Virus record (IMG/VR): IMGVR_UViG_3300042366_001033
Location: 1 to 34,117 of that record
Source: a virus
Taxonomy: Duplodnaviria > Caudoviricetes
DNA length: 34,117 bases
Reading direction: 5' to 3' (one strand)
Within the stretch, counting starts at the first letter, position 1, and each line of letters opens with the position of its first letter. Below the pieces are notes generated by a model. It made no database searches, was not told the origin of the DNA, and saw only the letters and a program-made list of their open reading frames with translations. This document shows, piece after piece, positions 10,221 to 19,411 of the stretch. The position numbers and the translations under genes are program-made.

Positions 10221-11843
10221 ATGACAATACAGCAATCATTAAGCACAAACGCTCAAACATCACCCCAGTATGAAAGTCTACGAGGTGTTGATGGACCCCA
10301 GGGTTTGCGTGGACAACAGGGACCTCCTGGTCCGGAGGGACCTCCAGGTCCACAGGGTCCAGGCGGTTATTTAAGTCTAGACACACTTTCAGAGTTTATC
10401 AACGACCAGCCGGTGCTTCATTTTGCATACTCTGCTGACAGGACACTTAAGAGTCGTATTGGTCCATCCTGCGTGCATTCACGATTGAGTAGTGGAACTT
10501 TTACAAATGTAAATGGAATTATTGTAGGAAAAACTACGGGCACAACAAGTGCATTAGTTCCAAATACTGTCACAATTGGTTCAGAAATAACAGTGACGGT
10601 GACTAGTGGACAAGCTGCAGGATGGGACATTGGCGGAGTAGTTGTATGTCATGCTGACACTGATGCCGATGATATTACTGATTCTGGTGAACCATGGATA
10701 ACTGGAACACTAAAGAGTGCGACTCTTACCACTCTCGTAATAACTGTAACCGGCAGATCGACTTCAACAACCTCTACTACAAGTTGGATGGTTGGTTATC
10801 GTGGACCACGTTTTCACCATGATTTTCAAAACAACGTTTCTGGTTTGCTCCTAGAGACTACCAGTGCTACAAATTTAATCCTACAAAGTGAAAATTTAGC
10901 AACAACCTGGATAACATTCGGTGCCGGTGCCGGAATAACTCAAAATAGTGAACTGGCGCCATCTGGATTAACTACAGCAGACACAATAACTCCATCAACG
11001 ACAGCAGCTTCGGGAGTCTATCAGCATGTGACTGTATCGCCATCGACAACCTACACATTTTCATTTTATACGCGTCTAGGCACATTACAAGCATCTGATT
11101 ATAAATTTGCAATCTATAATGATAGTGGATCATCTTGGTTGGTACAGGATGCTGTACCAACAACTCTTCCAAATTCAACAACATGGTCACGAGTTTCATA
11201 TACATTTACAACTCCTGCTGGTTGTACCCTGATTCATGCCTATCCATTTAGAAACTCTATTGGTGTGACTGGAACAGCACATATTTGGGGCGTACAACTA
11301 GAAGCAGGTTCTTCCGCCACCTCCTACATCCCGACGACGACTGCAACAGTCATTCGAGCGGCCGATAGTTGCGCGTTGACAGACGCAAGTTTTGCAAACC
11401 TCTATAATTTGTCTGAAGGCACAATAATCCTTGATTGCTCACCAACTTCATTAAACTCTCTTCAAGGATTCTATGCAATACATGGTGCAGTACGTTCACT
11501 CGGTGGGCATGCAGTCTATTCTTCTGGATCAAATAACAGCATAACTGCGTATAGTTATACGTCAAACTATGAGCCTACGATTAGTAGCACTGTGACTGGA
11601 ATAACTTCAAAGCGCATTAAAATTGCTCATGCATATAAAACAAATGATGGAGCTATAAGTATAAATGGCAGCCAAGTTGAGTATGACAACACCTATGCAG
11701 TTCCAACTAATATAACCGGGCTCGTGCTTGGTGCTGACGGCTTTGCTGACACACCAAACTATTCAAGCATGCTCATATCTGATTTTAAACTATATCGCAA
11801 ACGTATAAGTAATGATTTAATGCGCGTACATTCAACCCTATGA
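10221..11843 (+). CDS. Collagen-repeat fibre/spike protein with carbohydrate-binding-like domain
   Basis: 9 Gly-X-Y triplets (10284-10364); GLLLE...TNLILQSENL, YTFSFY, WGVQLEAGSSATSYIPTT...RAAD, C-terminal lectin-like sandwich. Confidence 0.8.
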   Translation: MTIQQSLSTNAQTSPQYESLRGVDGPQGLRGQQGPPGPEGPPGPQGPGGYLSLDTLSEFINDQPVLHFAYSADRTLKSRIGPSCVHSRLSSGTFTNVNGIIVGKTTGTTSALVPNTVTIGSEITVTVTSGQAAGWDIGGVVVCHADTDADDITDSGEPWITGTLKSATLTTLVITVTGRSTSTTSTTSWMVGYRGPRFHHDFQNNVSGLLLETTSATNLILQSENLATTWITFGAGAGITQNSELAPSGLTTADTITPSTTAASGVYQHVTVSPSTTYTFSFYTRLGTLQASDYKFAIYNDSGSSWLVQDAVPTTLPNSTTWSRVSYTFTTPAGCTLIHAYPFRNSIGVTGTAHIWGVQLEAGSSATSYIPTTTATVIRAADSCALTDASFANLYNLSEGTIILDCSPTSLNSLQGFYAIHGAVRSLGGHAVYSSGSNNSITAYSYTSNYEPTISSTVTGITSKRIKIAHAYKTNDGAISINGSQVEYDNTYAVPTNITGLVLGADGFADTPNYSSMLISDFKLYRKRISNDLMRVHSTL

Positions 11844-14800
11844 ACGAAATTGGATATTTAGAAACGACTATTGATACAATCGTAACTGATAATCCGTATC
11901 TAGTTGGGGTTGAAGGTGGAACTGGTCCAATAGGCGAACTTGGGCCGCGCGGTCCAGTAGGTCCATCAGGGCCTGTAGGCCCAGTTGGAGTCTCATCTGA
12001 AAGTTTATATGCACAGGATGCATTTAAAGATCTCTTACAGCACCCGCCGCTCATAGACATTGATTTTGATGACGGCATCTATGCCACAAAGCGAGGGCCG
12101 CTCCCGGCATTTAGTAGAAATACTTCTGGGTTGTTTATGAATAGAGATGGCGTGCTTGTCGGCAAAACTACAAGCAGCACATCTATAAACCTATCGACTA
12201 CAACTGTTGGGTCAACAATTACAGTAACTATTCCTTCGCGTGCAGCCGTAGATTGGCAATTAGGATCTACAGTGCTGCTGTTGTCAGACACAGATGCCGA
12301 CAACCAGATTGATACTGGAGAGTCATATATAAGTTGTACGTTGTTAGACTACACGTTGTCTACAAACACACTTTCGCTACTCGTAAATGCTGTAAGCGGA
12401 TCGTCTACAATATCAAGTTGGGCAGTAGGTTATTGCGGTCCCCGTTTAAACTATTCCAGTGTTCCAACGCGTTCAAATAACTTGTTATTAAACAGCGAAA
12501 ATTTTACTTCTGTCTGGACTTCACCAAGTGATGGCACTATTTCTCCATTTGGCACAAATCCATCAACAAGCTCAATTTCTAATGTTGGCATTTCGCCAGA
12601 TAACGCATTAAATGCGACACGAATAACCGAAGTTTCTGACAGTGCTGCAGGCAAGACTATACTGCGTCAATATTTTCCAGTAGAAACAAGTCGAACCTAT
12701 ACATTTAGTGTCTATGCAAAATACGGAGATCCTCCAGCAAAACTAACTGATCCAGATCGTCGTTTACGTTACTTGGCACTACATTCATTTTTAGATACAA
12801 CTGTTGAAAATGCCGCAACTTTTGATCTTTTAAATGGTGTCGTTGGAACTTCTACTCGGGGCACTGGTCTGATTGGGCGAACTATGACACCAGTTGGTGA
12901 TGACTGGTATCGGTGCAGCATAACATTTAAGACTCCATCTTCGACTCCATGGAATTTTGTTGACATACGCTTTCATGACACTGATGTAATTGGTACGGAT
13001 ATTACAACTCGTAATTATAGATATACATATATTTTTGGTGCTCAGCTGGAAATAGGGTCAGTTGCTACTGCATATGCCAAAACCATAAATACATATGAAA
13101 CAAATAAAGTATGTGTTGGAGCGCTGATCGAGGAGAGCACGCCGAATTTAATTCTGCAGAGTGAAAACTTTGCTAGTGCTTCATGGGTAAAGCAAGGCGG
13201 GTCAATTTCGTCTGTTGCGAATGTCGAGCCAGATGGGAGTGCAAATAGCGAACTCTTCAGTGAAGACGGTACAGCTTCAACGCATAGAACTTTTCAAAGT
13301 TTTACTGGCGTAAGTGGGACATCGTACACCTTAAGCGTATTTCTGAAATTTGCGGGAAGGGATCAAATTTTCCTTGAGAATAGATCAATAGGAACTAACC
13401 CGTTTGTTGTTTTTAATATACAGAACGGAACAATTGGTTTTGTATCCTCCGGTTTAACAGCAGCCATTCAAGCGTATCCGAACGGATGGTATCGGTGCAG
13501 CATAACTGGAACGGCAACATTAGCTGGAGGAAACTATCTTATCGGAGGATATTCTGGTGGGGGTAAATTCTACACTGGACTCATCGGCCCTGCCTTTTAT
13601 CTCTATGGCGCACAGGCAGAAGCAGGTTCATTCCCGACCTCCTACATCCCGACGACGACAGCAACTGCTATACGAGCGTCTGATGACGTTGCATATACTG
13701 GAACAACGCTTTCAGACCTATGGAACAAATCTGAAGGCACAATAGTGTGTGAGTTTGATACCGCAGGAAAGTCCGCGTATAACGCTACTTATTTTAACGA
13801 CTCATTTATATTTCAAGCAGCAACAGACCAATCTAACCGCATTGGAGTACTTGCTGATGGCGTTGGAAATATATCCCCAGAAATACTTGCAGCTGGAGTC
13901 AACCAATATGTTCCAACTACTAAAAAATACATAGAAAATTCTGTACAACGAGTTGCAGTATCATTTAAGTCTGGGTCGCCTACACGAGCATATTTGACTG
14001 GTTCATCATATGTCACTGGAACAAACCTAAATGCAACACTTCCATCAATAACAACACTTGTGCTTGGCAAGTCTGAAATCTCTTCTAATTATTTAAACGG
14101 TCATCTACGTAGTTTTAGATATTACGGCAAATACTTTTCTGAAAATACTCTAAAGTTTCTAACCACGTCATATGACGGCTCACTTCGTGACATTGACGCA
14201 AGCCGATATATTGAAAAGGTTAATAGCATACTACAAGTTGCGCAAGGCACGCTAAATGATGTGGTGACGGAATCGCAACAGGACGCAATTAATCGATTTG
14301 TAGCAGCTGGCAAGGTGTCAGGTTGGTGGGGACGTATTAAAAATTTATATCTGCCAATTTGGGGCAATGGTGATGCAAATGCAGTCAATTTAATAGACTG
14401 TTCGTCAGGCACATTTGTTGGTGGCGTCACCCATAACGCTGGATGGAGCACTGGAGACGGAACTAGTGGGAGATTTGATTATGGCACTTCTCCATCCACA
14501 ATTGGGTGTAGTCCAACTTCTGGTTGTATTTTCTTCTTGTTGCCAAACACTACTCCACTACTATCCGCAATGGGAACAACTGCTGCAGTCATGGGTTGTG
14601 CCGATACTGGCTCTACAAATGCACTGACGATATCTAAGAGCAGTGAAAGTTTGTCATATGTCTATGGAGGCACAACTTCAACTACATTTACATATGTGTC
14701 AGGCATGCATCTCATAAAGCGAGAGAGTCCAAGTGGAGTAATTTATCAAACACGACGTTCAAACTTTGAAGATCTTATCCTTGGGCCAACCTCTGCTGGC

Positions 14801-14983
14801 ACTGGTATTAGTAGTGTAAACATGAATGCTTGGGCAACCAATACAAATGGAACATATGCAAACTATGGTGCCTATAATATAGGATTACACGGCATGGGAT
14901 TAGGACTGTCAAATGCAGATGGATCAAAATTTATAACAGACTGCGAAAACCTTTGGGAAAGTTGTACATCATACGTATTATAA
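11840..14983 (+). CDS. Collagen-repeat fibre/spike protein, paralogue of the preceding gene with two CBM-like domains and an extra C-terminal domain
   Basis: 10 Gly-X-Y triplets (11906-11995); two NL..xSENF...YTxSV..K...WYRCSIT...GAQxE units; SYIPTT...RASD; ATGA overlap with the previous stop. Confidence 0.8.
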   Translation: MNEIGYLETTIDTIVTDNPYLVGVEGGTGPIGELGPRGPVGPSGPVGPVGVSSESLYAQDAFKDLLQHPPLIDIDFDDGIYATKRGPLPAFSRNTSGLFMNRDGVLVGKTTSSTSINLSTTTVGSTITVTIPSRAAVDWQLGSTVLLLSDTDADNQIDTGESYISCTLLDYTLSTNTLSLLVNAVSGSSTISSWAVGYCGPRLNYSSVPTRSNNLLLNSENFTSVWTSPSDGTISPFGTNPSTSSISNVGISPDNALNATRITEVSDSAAGKTILRQYFPVETSRTYTFSVYAKYGDPPAKLTDPDRRLRYLALHSFLDTTVENAATFDLLNGVVGTSTRGTGLIGRTMTPVGDDWYRCSITFKTPSSTPWNFVDIRFHDTDVIGTDITTRNYRYTYIFGAQLEIGSVATAYAKTINTYETNKVCVGALIEESTPNLILQSENFASASWVKQGGSISSVANVEPDGSANSELFSEDGTASTHRTFQSFTGVSGTSYTLSVFLKFAGRDQIFLENRSIGTNPFVVFNIQNGTIGFVSSGLTAAIQAYPNGWYRCSITGTATLAGGNYLIGGYSGGGKFYTGLIGPAFYLYGAQAEAGSFPTSYIPTTTATAIRASDDVAYTGTTLSDLWNKSEGTIVCEFDTAGKSAYNATYFNDSFIFQAATDQSNRIGVLADGVGNISPEILAAGVNQYVPTTKKYIENSVQRVAVSFKSGSPTRAYLTGSSYVTGTNLNATLPSITTLVLGKSEISSNYLNGHLRSFRYYGKYFSENTLKFLTTSYDGSLRDIDASRYIEKVNSILQVAQGTLNDVVTESQQDAINRFVAAGKVSGWWGRIKNLYLPIWGNGDANAVNLIDCSSGTFVGGVTHNAGWSTGDGTSGRFDYGTSPSTIGCSPTSGCIFFLLPNTTPLLSAMGTTAAVMGCADTGSTNALTISKSSESLSYVYGGTTSTTFTYVSGMHLIKRESPSGVIYQTRRSNFEDLILGPTSAGTGISSVNMNAWATNTNGTYANYGAYNIGLHGMGLGLSNADGSKFITDCENLWESCTSYVL

Positions 14984-14986
14984 ATA
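14979..14986 (+). promoter_or_regulatory. T4-type late promoter
   Basis: TATAAATA overlapping the upstream stop, 5 nt before ATG 14992. Confidence 0.75.
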
Positions 14987-14991
14987 TATGT

Positions 14992-15345
14992 ATGATAGAC
15001 TATCTGTTAAAATTTTCAAGTAAACGAACTGCGCATACATTTGCACGCAACCATGGATTTGCTTCAGTTGATCCGATTACTGAAAAAGTTTCAGTAGTCA
15101 ATAACTCCCCTGATTATTCATTTATAGAAATTGGAGAGCATCATGTGTATGGAGAAGAAATACTTGATGAAAATGACGAACCGGTAGTTCAAATAACGAG
15201 TGACAACAATTATTGGATTGCCTTAAGACTAATGTCAACAACCGAGTTGGCGGCATCAGCTAATAAATATATAGTGTGGAGTAGTTTACAAGGACTTCCA
15301 CGCCCAAAAAATAACCCCGAAATTCCAAATATAAATTGGGCATAA
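14992..15345 (+). CDS. Hypothetical protein, probably fibre-associated
   Basis: ORF from ATG 14992 (MIDYLLKF); the tracked TTG start at 14953 overlaps the previous gene. Confidence 0.75.
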   Translation: MIDYLLKFSSKRTAHTFARNHGFASVDPITEKVSVVNNSPDYSFIEIGEHHVYGEEILDENDEPVVQITSDNNYWIALRLMSTTELAASANKYIVWSSLQGLPRPKNNPEIPNINWA

Positions 15346-15348
15346 CCT

Positions 15349-15684
15349 ATGGCAACATACAGCAATATCTACATAGACCAAGGGAGCACATATTCATCAG
15401 TTATAGACGTAAAAGATGCCAATGGGTTGCCATTCAACTTAACTGGATACTCTTCACGCGGTCAGATACGTAAAAGTTATTCGTCAAATACTGCAATAAG
15501 CTTTACTACAAATATTAATTTACCACTACAAGGCAAAGTACAGGTTTTGTTGACTGCTACACAAACGCGTGGCATGAAACCTGGTCGATATGTCTATGAT
15601 ATTGAGGTTTTTAATAATAGTGGTCATGTAATTCGTATAAGTGAAGGACAAGTTGAGATTTCTCCAGCAACAACCCGCCCGTAG
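15349..15684 (+). CDS. Small virion adaptor-like beta-sandwich protein
   Basis: NIYIDQGSTY...NLTGY...QIRKSY...LTATQT..MKPGRYVYDIE...RISEGQVEISP, a pattern familiar from small structural genes of T4-like phages. Confidence 0.75.
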   Translation: MATYSNIYIDQGSTYSSVIDVKDANGLPFNLTGYSSRGQIRKSYSSNTAISFTTNINLPLQGKVQVLLTATQTRGMKPGRYVYDIEVFNNSGHVIRISEGQVEISPATTRP

Positions 15685-15687
15685 TGC

Positions 15688-18600
15688 ATGTCAAATATAA
15701 TTTCAAATATAGTTCCGGACGACCTTATAACATCTACAATCTCTGGATCGCAAAATATTAGTGCTCTTACATCAGGTGAAGGTGGACACACACTTTCACA
15801 ACTTGTCGATGTAGACCTTCAGAATGTGACTGCTGGGTCAGTGCTAATCTATGGCACAAACGAGTTTGTTGCTCGTACAATTAGTGGTGACGTCACTATA
15901 AATGCGCTTGGAGTAGCAACGCTTTCTCCTGGTTCGGTAACGAAAGAGATGGTTGGACTAGGCGCCGTTGATAATACAAGTGATTTAAATAAGCCAATAT
16001 CAATTGCAACGCAGTCTGCCTTAAATGCAAAGGTTAATGTTTCTGACTATATAGATTTTTCAAATCACCTAATCGACACCAACAATCCACATGCAGTAAC
16101 AGCAGCACAAGTTGGACTTGGCGCCGTTAATAATACGAGTGATTTAAACAAACCAGTATCAATTGCAACGCAGTCTGCATTAGACACTAAAGTTAGCACA
16201 ACAATTTTTTCAAATCATTTAAATGATTTTACTAATCCACATGCAGTAACAGCAGCACAAGTTGGACTTGGCGCCATTAATAATACGAGTGATGCTGATA
16301 AACCAATATCTACAGCAACGCAGTCTGCACTAAATACAAAAGTTGATGCAGTAATTGGAAAAGGTCTGTCAGATGAAAATTATACAACAGTTGAAAAAAA
16401 TAAATTAGCTGGAATAGCAAATGGAGCAACAGCAAATTCAACTGATGCATATTTACTTGATCGAACTCACCACACAGGGACTCAATCATATACAACTATA
16501 ACTGGTCTTGGAACACTCGCGACTCAAAATGGTACATTTAGTGGGACTTCAAGTGGTACAAACACAGGTGACCAAACTATTACTCTTGGCGGGGATGCTA
16601 CTGGTAGTGGGACAGCACTACTAAATGTGACATTGGCTTCAACTGGAGTGCTTGCCGGCGAATATAATAGTAGCGCAACAAGTGTCACACCATTTACAGT
16701 TGACGTCAAAGGGCGAATTACTGCAGTTGACACTCCAATTGTTATTACTCCAAGTTGGAATTCTGTAACTGATAAACCAACCACTGTGTCTGGTTATGGC
16801 ATCTCAGATGCAGTAGATTTAACTAGTGCTCAAACTATATCAGGCGTTAAAGATTTTACAAGCAGTCCTACCGTACCACTTATACCAACTGCATCCGGTC
16901 ATGCTGCTTCAAAAGCATATGTTGATACACTCTCTGAAGGTCTACACGTACACGCTGCTGTGCATGCGATTCTTAAGACTCCAATTGCGACTGCAATTGG
17001 AGGTGGAGTCACTATAACCTATAGCAACGGGACAAATGGAGTAGGAGCAAAATTAACTGCATCTGCACCAGTGACATGGACAACCGTTTTTAATGACTCT
17101 GACATTACAAATGACAGTCGAGTAATAATTGCAGGCCAAAGCACTAGTGCACATAATGGTATATATGTTGTAAGTTCTAGTACAGAATTAACTAGAGCCG
17201 ATGATTTTAACACCCCAACTGAAATGGCTGGTGGTGATTTTGTATTTGTCACTCATGGAACATACGCTGACACAGGTTGGGTACTTTCTGAACCAGTGAC
17301 TGAGGTTGGTGCGACTGCAGTAATATTCACGCAATTTTCTGGTGCAGGTGCCTATGAAGCTGGAGCAGGACTCTTTCGCGATGGCACAACATTTTCAGTT
17401 GTAGCAGGCACAGGCATTGCAGTTGATGGAAGTGTAAGTTTGTCAACGGTAGGCTCCCCTGGCACATATAGATCAGTGACTGTTGACGCTTATGGGCGAA
17501 TTACGTCTGGAACCAATCCAACTACGTTGTCTGGTTATGGAATTACAGATGCCGCGACTTCAACTGCGCTAAGCAATCATATCAGCGATGCTACAGTTCA
17601 CCTAACAAGCACGCAAAACACACTGCTTGATGGCATCACAGTGACATCTGAAAAGGTTAATTATTTAACCGATGTGACATCAAATATTCAGGGTCAATTG
17701 AACGCTAAACAACCGCTTGACTCTGACCTAACAGCAATTGCCGGATTGACTGGAACGAGTGGACTCCTAAGAAAAACTGGGACTGACACCTGGACGCTTG
17801 ACACAAACACATACAGCGTTTCAGGTCATACACACGTCACGTCACAAATAACTGACCTGTATCAACCATTGCCGCAACAGGATCCTGATGCAACTTCAAA
17901 TGTAACTGTAGGTGGTGCGCTCTATATAAAAGCTGGTGCACAACGCTATGAAGAGTCTGGAAATGATATTAATTGGCTTAATTATAATTCTAGCATCAAT
18001 CGTTGGCAACTGGGTGATAATGTAGAAGGCGCATATGCAACTTCTACGAGTGATGGACTCTATCCATGGCTTGCAACATGGAGTGGATATAGCATTGTAA
18101 AATATTCATATCCACGAGTAGCAGGCGCTCCATTGGCATCGACCGCGTCTGATGGAGTTTCAAACTACTCAGCACGTGCAGATCACGTTCATCCATTTCC
18201 GACCGCACTTCAAGTTGGAGCAGCGCCATTAGTTGGTGGAAAGATACCAGTACAATATATGCCATCCGAGGCAGATGACGTACTTGTGTTTTACGATAGA
18301 AGTAATTTTCCTGCTACAGGGCAAAGCGGAAAAATCTATCTGGCACAAAATGGAAGACGTCTTAATGGTGTGTGGTACGAAGGAGGACGCACATATTATT
18401 GGGATGGTGTTTATATAGAAGTTGCCCCACTAAGCGTCTATAATCCAAGTGACGCTGACGCCCTTGTTGCTTGGAGTGCATCGCCGAATTCTGTTTTTGT
18501 GCCAACCAGCATTCAGAATAATAGACCGATGTATACATTATTTGATGGTCGATATTTCAACGGATATTATATGGGATATGACGTTAACAGATGGATCATA

Positions 18601-18879
18601 TATAGCATTATTGAAGAATACTATCTAGAAGCACAAGCTGCACCAGGCACTGAAGCCTATCCATGGTTAGCAAACTGGGGTACACCAAATTATATTACGC
18701 GGGTTGGATTCTATTCATATGATCAGTCAGTCATACCACGTAAAGGTGCAAGCATCGGCAGCAGCGGAACAAGCGGGCGCTCTGCTCGAGCAGATCATGT
18801 TCATCCACTTCCAACTGCAGCAGAAATTGGAGCAGCCACAGAAAACTTTGCGATTGCAATGGCTATAGCTCTAGGTTAA
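15688..18879 (+). CDS. Second tail-fibre-like protein
   Basis: VGLGxVxNTSD x3, HTGTQ, TVDVKGRIT, PTTLSGYGITDA, AASKAYVD, LTRADDF, ARADHVHP x2; ends FAIAMAIALG. Confidence 0.85.
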   Translation: MSNIISNIVPDDLITSTISGSQNISALTSGEGGHTLSQLVDVDLQNVTAGSVLIYGTNEFVARTISGDVTINALGVATLSPGSVTKEMVGLGAVDNTSDLNKPISIATQSALNAKVNVSDYIDFSNHLIDTNNPHAVTAAQVGLGAVNNTSDLNKPVSIATQSALDTKVSTTIFSNHLNDFTNPHAVTAAQVGLGAINNTSDADKPISTATQSALNTKVDAVIGKGLSDENYTTVEKNKLAGIANGATANSTDAYLLDRTHHTGTQSYTTITGLGTLATQNGTFSGTSSGTNTGDQTITLGGDATGSGTALLNVTLASTGVLAGEYNSSATSVTPFTVDVKGRITAVDTPIVITPSWNSVTDKPTTVSGYGISDAVDLTSAQTISGVKDFTSSPTVPLIPTASGHAASKAYVDTLSEGLHVHAAVHAILKTPIATAIGGGVTITYSNGTNGVGAKLTASAPVTWTTVFNDSDITNDSRVIIAGQSTSAHNGIYVVSSSTELTRADDFNTPTEMAGGDFVFVTHGTYADTGWVLSEPVTEVGATAVIFTQFSGAGAYEAGAGLFRDGTTFSVVAGTGIAVDGSVSLSTVGSPGTYRSVTVDAYGRITSGTNPTTLSGYGITDAATSTALSNHISDATVHLTSTQNTLLDGITVTSEKVNYLTDVTSNIQGQLNAKQPLDSDLTAIAGLTGTSGLLRKTGTDTWTLDTNTYSVSGHTHVTSQITDLYQPLPQQDPDATSNVTVGGALYIKAGAQRYEESGNDINWLNYNSSINRWQLGDNVEGAYATSTSDGLYPWLATWSGYSIVKYSYPRVAGAPLASTASDGVSNYSARADHVHPFPTALQVGAAPLVGGKIPVQYMPSEADDVLVFYDRSNFPATGQSGKIYLAQNGRRLNGVWYEGGRTYYWDGVYIEVAPLSVYNPSDADALVAWSASPNSVFVPTSIQNNRPMYTLFDGRYFNGYYMGYDVNRWIIYSIIEEYYLEAQAAPGTEAYPWLANWGTPNYITRVGFYSYDQSVIPRKGASIGSSGTSGRSARADHVHPLPTAAEIGAATENFAIAMAIALG
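15952..16345 (+). repeat. Three ~150-nt tandem coding repeats
   Basis: VGLGAVxNTSDxxKPxSxATQSAL x3; 42 identical nt at 16084-16125 and 16234-16275. Confidence 0.9.
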
Positions 18880-18887
18880 TATAAATA
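18880..18887 (+). promoter_or_regulatory. T4-type late promoter
   Basis: TATAAATA 7 nt before ATG 18895. Confidence 0.8.
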
Positions 18888-18894
18888 TATCTAC

Positions 18895-19395
18895 ATGAAG
18901 AAGTTAATAACAAATTACACTTTCAATGCCGCGGCGCAGACGATAACGTTTGTCGATCAAACCTCTATTGATCTTGAAAGTGTGTTGTTGATCACTAACG
19001 TCACGTCTAATGTTATAGTTTATAATTTTGCAAATCCTGCGCAAGGCGGAAGCGTCGCTGGTAATGTGTTGTCACTAGATTATAACACCACATCAATGTC
19101 AAACAGTGACGCTCTTCAGATATACTATGATGATGGAGTTGAGTCTGCGTCTGAAATTACTGCCGAGGCAATTGTAGATGCGGTATTAACACTTAAGCGC
19201 ATCGCAAAAAATATGGAGTCTCTTCAAGTCGTTGATGCCAACCAACGTCAGCGCGTTAACGTTGAAGCTGGAACGATTGGTATTGTCGGTTCAGTTAGTA
19301 ATATTGCAGGTATAGGTGGTATTGATCCGCGTTGGCAAACTATAGATTGGGCCCGCGCTGCTGCAGACACTCTTCGAACAAAATTAACATTCTAA
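18895..19395 (+). CDS. Hypothetical virion protein (adaptor-like)
   Basis: YTFNAAAQTITF...LLITNVTSNVIVYNFA...LDYNTTSMSNSDALQIYYD; follows a fibre gene and a late box. Confidence 0.75.
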   Translation: MKKLITNYTFNAAAQTITFVDQTSIDLESVLLITNVTSNVIVYNFANPAQGGSVAGNVLSLDYNTTSMSNSDALQIYYDDGVESASEITAEAIVDAVLTLKRIAKNMESLQVVDANQRQRVNVEAGTIGIVGSVSNIAGIGGIDPRWQTIDWARAAADTLRTKLTF

Positions 19396-19411
19396 TAAAT
19401 ATACATAAATT

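Noticed and set aside
11300-13680. DGR template/variable repeat pair at the SYIPTT repeats
   Set aside because: Both copies are coding and mismatches (TTCCGCC vs ATTCCCG) are not adenine-specific.
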